Below, in pieces: positions 59,539 through 64,000 of a stretch of 64,000 nucleotides of DNA (its first letter is position 1; the number at the start of each line of letters is the position of its first letter). The notes under the pieces were generated by a model that saw nothing but the letters and a program-made list of their open reading frames with translations, was not told the DNA's origin and did no database searches. The translations under genes were made by a program, and so were the position numbers. This DNA is from an uncultured Chloroflexia bacterium (GTDB taxonomy: Bacteria; Chloroflexota; Ktedonobacteria; Ktedonobacterales; Ktedonobacteraceae), in contig CAVZTX010000008.1 of NCBI GenBank assembly GCA_963778375.1, positions 59,366-123,365 of the forward strand, written 5' to 3'.

Positions 59539-61186
59539 ATGGGCATGATTCACGGCGGTTGGCTCGTTGCCAAAACCCTCAAACGTGAAGGAGTTGAAGT
59601 CGTCTTCACCCTCAGTGGTGGGCACATCGCAGGCATCTACGACGGCTGCATGCGTGAGGGTATTCGCGTCGTAGACACCCGTCACGAGCAGGCAGCCGTA
59701 CACGCCGCCGAAGGCTGGGTCAAATCCACACGCACCCCAGGCGTCGCCCTACTCACCGCAGGCCCAGGCGTCACCGATGGCGTCACTGGAGTTGCCAACG
59801 CCTATCTCGCCGGTAGCCCTATCCTCGTCATCGGCGGAGCCGCCCCCTTAAGCCTATGGGATCGCGGCGCGCTCCAGGAGATGAACCAGATCGACCTGCT
59901 GCGCCCCATCACCAAATGGGCACGCACCGTACACGAAACCTCCCGTCTTGCTGAGTACACCGCCTCAGCTTTTCGCCAGATGTTAAGCGGCAAGCCCGGA
60001 CCTACCTTCTTAGAGATGCCGATGGACGTACTCAATAACTTCGCCGACACCGACACCTACTTCGACCCCGGCGAACCCGCAAACTATCGCTATGGAGGTC
60101 GCACCGCACCCGATCCCGACCTTGTCTTGAAAGCCGCCCAACTACTAGAACAAGCGCAGCGTCCCGTCATCATGGCAGGAACTGCCGTCTGGTGGTGCGA
60201 TGCCGCCGAACCGCTACGTCTGCTCGCTGAACGCATACAAGCCCCTGTTTTCCTCAACGGTGCTGGTCGTGGCTGCCTGCCACCCACCCATCCCCTCTTC
60301 TTCAGTTCAGCACGCCGCAAAGCCCTCGAAGGAGCAGATACCATCCTGGCAATCGGCACGCGCATGGACTTCCGGCTCAATCACGGTCAACCTCCCCTCA
60401 TTCCATCCGAAGCAAACATTCTCTGGTTAGACCTGGCCAGCGAGGATATCGGCGTCAACCGTGGTGCAGCCGTTGCCCTGGTTGGAGACGTAGGGTTGAG
60501 CATGTGCCAGCTCACCGAGGCAACGAAAAAACACACCCAAAGCGAATGGCAATCCTACATCCGTAAAGAAGAACAGCAAATCATTGGAGCGTGACGAGGC
60601 AGCCCTGAATTCCGATGCCGTTCCTATTCATCCCATGCGCTTCTGCCGCGAGATACGCGACTTTATCGACGAGGACACGACCGTCGTAGGCGATGGCGGC
60701 GATATCGTGAGCTACGGAGCAAAAGTAATCAACGTCGCTCGCCCCGGCTACTGGCTCGATGCAGGCCCAATGGGCACGCTTGGCGCCGGCACAGGCTTTG
60801 CCATGGCCGCGCAAATCGCCCGTCCCGGCAAAAAAGTCCTGATCCTGCACGGCGACGGCGCTTTTGGACTCAATGGCATGGAGTTCGAGAGCATGGTGCG
60901 ACAGAAATTGCCCGTCGTCTCCATTATTGGTAATGATGGTGCCTGGGGCCAGATCAAGCATCCCCAGCGAGCAATTATCGGTCACGCAACAGCAGCAGAA
61001 CTTTCGCCCGGCATCCGCTACGACAAAATGGTCGAAGCCCTCGGTGGCTACGGCGAATTGGTCGAGCGACCTGAAGATATTCGCCCCGCCCTCGAACGCG
61101 CATTTGCCTCAGGTCTGCCCGGCTGCGTGAATGTCCTGATTGACCCCGAGAAACCTTATAGCAGGTCAACGAATGTAGCAGTCTAA
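59539..61186 (+). CDS. thiamine-diphosphate-dependent enzyme of the acetolactate-synthase/benzoylformate-decarboxylase superfamily, split by a frameshift near 60575-60586
   Basis: N-terminal Pyr domain (GGHIAGIYDGC...E) and central domain in ORF 59539..60594. PP domain with GDGGDIVS...GTLGAGTGFAMAA...HGDGAFGLNGMEF...IGNDGAWG in ORF 60584..61186. Removing one a from caaatc would give EEQQSLERDEAAL. Confidence 0.75.
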
Positions 61187-61328
61187 TCAAAGTTATCATG
61201 GCATATCGTGTTAGTTCAACATATGTACCAAATTACCGTAATTAGATACGAAAGTGCGGTTGACAGATGCCATAATATTGGCGTACACTTTATGAGGAGG
61301 ATTTTTGTACTCTTTAGAGGGAGACGCC

Positions 61329-64000
61329 GTGATAGTCATTAGCTGTCCGCATTGTAATGAGCTACTTCCTGAAACAGCTTATTATTGTCCCGCATGCGGT
61401 GAGTCTCTGAATTCACCCGAATCTGGAATTTCACCCGAATCTGATAATATCCAATCTCAGGCCTTATCCGAAACTGATACTACCCAACAGCTTCCAGATA
61501 AAAACCCAATAACCCCAGACGAGAACGTTGTTGCGCCCGCACCCTCACAGGCACAAGCCACCGCGTTCAAAGTGCCCTATTTTTATGACATGGGTATTGA
61601 TGAGGGTCAATCTGCTGAGCCTGTAGAGCCTGACGAAAGTGAGCTTACTCAGCCTGTAAGCCTCTCTGCCGGACTATCTACCGCGCATATGCCGACCCGT
61701 CCTGCACAGGAGTCACCCTCCCCTCGTATCAACGCGTCCCTCATATCCCAGGACGCGGAAATGCCTGGCAGCCAACAAAGAGGCGTCGCCGTTGCTAGCA
61801 GACCAGCAACCGAAGCACGCGGCAATTGGAACAAGGTCGTCCCTTTGGGGGTAGCTCACCTGACACCTCTACCGGTCACACCTCTGCCTAAAACCCCACA
61901 CATGTTGCCTACCTTGAAGCCTGCTCAAAAGACATCCCGGCGTGTTCCTCCTCCCTTCTGGTTCTGGGTAACAACTATTGTCTTATTGGGCCTCCTGTTT
62001 GGTGGGCTTCTTGGACTCCTTGTGACCCACTCTTATGGAGAACTTTCATTACAGGTCAGCCCTTCAACCGTTCCCGTGGGTGGCGTAATCACCCTCCAGG
62101 GATCCAACTTTCATCCTAATACCCACGTCGGACTGATGCGCGACTCCGAGATTGCGATCGTTGATAGAAGCAGTCATAATATTATCTCAGCCGATGGCTC
62201 CGGCTCCTTCAGCGATACGGTCTTCATCGATAGTAGCTGGGGTGCGGGTCCCCATACCATCATCGCCGAAGACGCCAATTCCCACACAACCGCCAGTTTC
62301 CCCATTCTGGTGCTGGGTCACGGCGAATCATCGCGACCACCCCATCTCTCGCTCTCCCTGACCAGCCTTGCTCTCGGTTCAGGCGATCAAGCCACCAATA
62401 GCACCATTCCCATGACCATTGCCAATAGCGGCGGTGGCGTCATCTCCTGGCAGAGTGCTACCACCCAACCCTGGCTCGTGCTCAGTCCGCAACACGGCAC
62501 CTTCCCGGCCGATCAACCCATGAGCGTCACCGTCGCAGTTGATCGCTCTAATTTGACCCCAGGCAGCTATAGCGGCGACATCATCATCACCTCCAATGCC
62601 GGTAATGCTACCGTCTCCGTGACGATGCAAGTCATCCCGTTGCAGACACAGAATGAAGGTGTGCTGCAACTCGGCTCGGCCGCCCTCTCCTTCACTGCAA
62701 CCGATGGAGGCGCGAACCCAGCCACCCAGTCCGTCACCCTCAGTAATCCAGGCGTGCAGCCCTTCCAGTGGGGCACCTCCACCTCGACCACCGATGGTGG
62801 GAATTGGCTGACGGTTGCTCCCGCTTCGGGTAATCTTGCTGCTCAAGGAGCCAGCCAAGCGGTCAAGATCGGTGTGAACATCAGCACCATGTTGCCAGGC
62901 GTCTACAGCGGCAAAGTGACCTTCTCTAACGCGGGCACACAGCCGGTACAGAATAGCCCACAAAGCATCATCGTCAGCCTCACCGTGCAGCCGCAGTGCA
63001 CCCTCTCGGTCACCCCTGGCGTCGTCACCATCACCAGCGTCTCTGGACAGCCTGCTCCTGCCCCACTCTCCCTCAGTGTGGGTACCAATCAGGGATGCAG
63101 CAAACCCTTGAGTTGGACCGCCTCTGCCAGCACCTCTAGCGGTGGCTCCTGGCTCAACCTTGGTACAACTAGTGGCACCACGTCGAACACTCCCTTGACC
63201 GTCAGTGTTAACGTCGCTGGTCTTGCCGTTGGGACCTACACTGGTCAGATCGTGTTGACCACCACCTCTGGCTCGCTGACCGTACCCGTCACCTTCATCA
63301 TGGGACAGCCCAGCATCCCTGTTCAGGCCACCACACCCGCGTCTTTGTCATTTAGCGGGATTGTGGGGCAACCCAATTCGCCGGGATCACAGCCCATCAC
63401 GGTTACCAATAGCGGAGGTGGCACGCTCTCCTGGCAGGCCACCACCAGTGGAGGATGGCTGAGCGTGGCGCAAGCCGCAGGCAGTGTCGCCTCGAAACAA
63501 TCTACGCAAATCACCGTGTTGGCGTCGACCTCAGGGCTGAGTGCTGGCACCTACACCGGCACGGTCACCATTAGCGGTACCGACGGCGCGGGACACCCGG
63601 CGACCGGTAGTCCACAATCCATTCCGGTCACCTTCACCGTCTTTCCTGCCTGTGCCATCTCGGCGACCCCTGTCGCTCTAACCTTTGCAGGCCAGGTCGG
63701 CGGCCTGGATCCTACCACACAATCGGCTACCATCACTGCCAGTGGTGCCTGCACCAGTGCGCTGAACTGGTCAACATCCGTTGTTACCTCAAGTGGTGGC
63801 TCCTGGCTCAGTGCGTCGCCTGCCTCAGGCAGTGTCAGTCTCTCAGCCAATTCAGGCACGAATGTAGGAGTAACGCTCCATGGTCTGAGCGCCGGCACCT
63901 ATACCGGGACGGTAAAGATTGCCGCAACCGATAGCACCGGTAAGGCAGTCGGTTCGCCACAGGTCATTATGATCACGCTGAATATAACGGCCCCTCCTGT
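61329..64000 (+). CDS. large membrane-anchored surface protein with N-terminal zinc ribbon and many ~90-aa beta-sandwich (BACON/Ig-like) repeats; partial, continues past window end
   Basis: GTG after AGGGAG. VIVISCPHCNELLPETAYYCPACG, then a Pro-rich linker and TM helix WFWVTTIVLLGLLFGGLLGLLV. At least 7 repeats of the form LSFsa...p..Q.vTvsNsGgg.lsWqa......WLs.s..sGt.......tVsv...gL..GTYTG.i.i. Open through position 64000. Confidence 0.7.
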   Translation, partial: MIVISCPHCNELLPETAYYCPACGESLNSPESGISPESDNIQSQALSETDTTQQLPDKNPITPDENVVAPAPSQAQATAFKVPYFYDMGIDEGQSAEPVEPDESELTQPVSLSAGLSTAHMPTRPAQESPSPRINASLISQDAEMPGSQQRGVAVASRPATEARGNWNKVVPLGVAHLTPLPVTPLPKTPHMLPTLKPAQKTSRRVPPPFWFWVTTIVLLGLLFGGLLGLLVTHSYGELSLQVSPSTVPVGGVITLQGSNFHPNTHVGLMRDSEIAIVDRSSHNIISADGSGSFSDTVFIDSSWGAGPHTIIAEDANSHTTASFPILVLGHGESSRPPHLSLSLTSLALGSGDQATNSTIPMTIANSGGGVISWQSATTQPWLVLSPQHGTFPADQPMSVTVAVDRSNLTPGSYSGDIIITSNAGNATVSVTMQVIPLQTQNEGVLQLGSAALSFTATDGGANPATQSVTLSNPGVQPFQWGTSTSTTDGGNWLTVAPASGNLAAQGASQAVKIGVNISTMLPGVYSGKVTFSNAGTQPVQNSPQSIIVSLTVQPQCTLSVTPGVVTITSVSGQPAPAPLSLSVGTNQGCSKPLSWTASASTSSGGSWLNLGTTSGTTSNTPLTVSVNVAGLAVGTYTGQIVLTTTSGSLTVPVTFIMGQPSIPVQATTPASLSFSGIVGQPNSPGSQPITVTNSGGGTLSWQATTSGGWLSVAQAAGSVASKQSTQITVLASTSGLSAGTYTGTVTISGTDGAGHPATGSPQSIPVTFTVFPACAISATPVALTFAGQVGGLDPTTQSATITASGACTSALNWSTSVVTSSGGSWLSASPASGSVSLSANSGTNVGVTLHGLSAGTYTGTVKIAATDSTGKAVGSPQVIMITLNITAPP

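Noticed and set aside
59539-61186. Possibility that the ThDP enzyme is naturally encoded as two subunits (as in sulfopyruvate or phosphonopyruvate decarboxylases)
   Set aside because: The split falls between the middle and PP domains. The second ORF would need a TTG start, and it overlaps the first in the +1 frame. Removing a single a from an aaa run gives a continuous conserved sequence, so a frameshift is the simpler explanation.
62379-63898. Several 60-194-aa minus-strand ORFs (62379..62963, 63323..63550, 63551..63898 and others)
   Set aside because: Antisense to a long, clearly coding + strand repeat-protein gene (61329 onward). They are Gly/Ala/Pro-rich mirror translations with no start signals.

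Overview
This 64-kb window looks like bacterial chromosome. By inference from gene content (many TPR, WD40 and STAND-NTPase repeat proteins, Rel/SpoT paralogs, ANTAR and LuxR-type regulators) it could come from a Chloroflexi / Ktedonobacteria-like genome, but that cannot be proven from sequence alone. Most of it is ordinary housekeeping or metabolic content, including an SCO1-plus-CtaG-like cytochrome-oxidase assembly pair, rpoD, dut, mogA, tgt, lplA-like, a DAHP synthase, MFS transporters, a ROK kinase, CoA-transferase, an M20 peptidase, an aminotransferase and ccsA. Five regions deserve a second look. (1) A 1039-aa SbcC/Rad50-like ABC ATPase is translationally coupled to a ~425-aa protein with two hhhDGS motifs (a possible NurA-like nuclease), and there is no SbcD/Mre11 gene. 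(2) Two tandem full-length Rel/SpoT paralogs lie downstream of rpoD. The first has lost the HD/ED hydrolase motifs (RelA-like); the second keeps them but has an N-terminal frameshift. (3) A ~2.6-kb ORF-free tract is strongly purine-skewed on the + strand, with a ~190-nt near-pure homopurine core. It grades into a decayed array of 40-aa TPR-like repeats, which faces a fragmented STAND NTPase-TPR gene on the opposite strand. (4) An orphan ANTAR regulator sits next to a PSP1/RicT-like protein that carries a Cys/Gly-rich tail. (5) An SPFH (flotillin-like) gene and a dynamin-like GTPase gene are convergent. At least seven otherwise normal genes are broken by single apparent 1-nt indels, mostly at short homopolymers. 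That pattern points to homopolymer sequencing error rather than real pseudogenes, and it needs read-level checking. Three more loci (TPR array, STAND NTPase, alpha/beta hydrolase) are broken by multiple frameshifts or stops and more likely reflect real decay. I saw no CRISPR array, rRNA gene or obvious tRNA gene. A large secreted repeat-domain protein starts at 61329 and runs off the window end.
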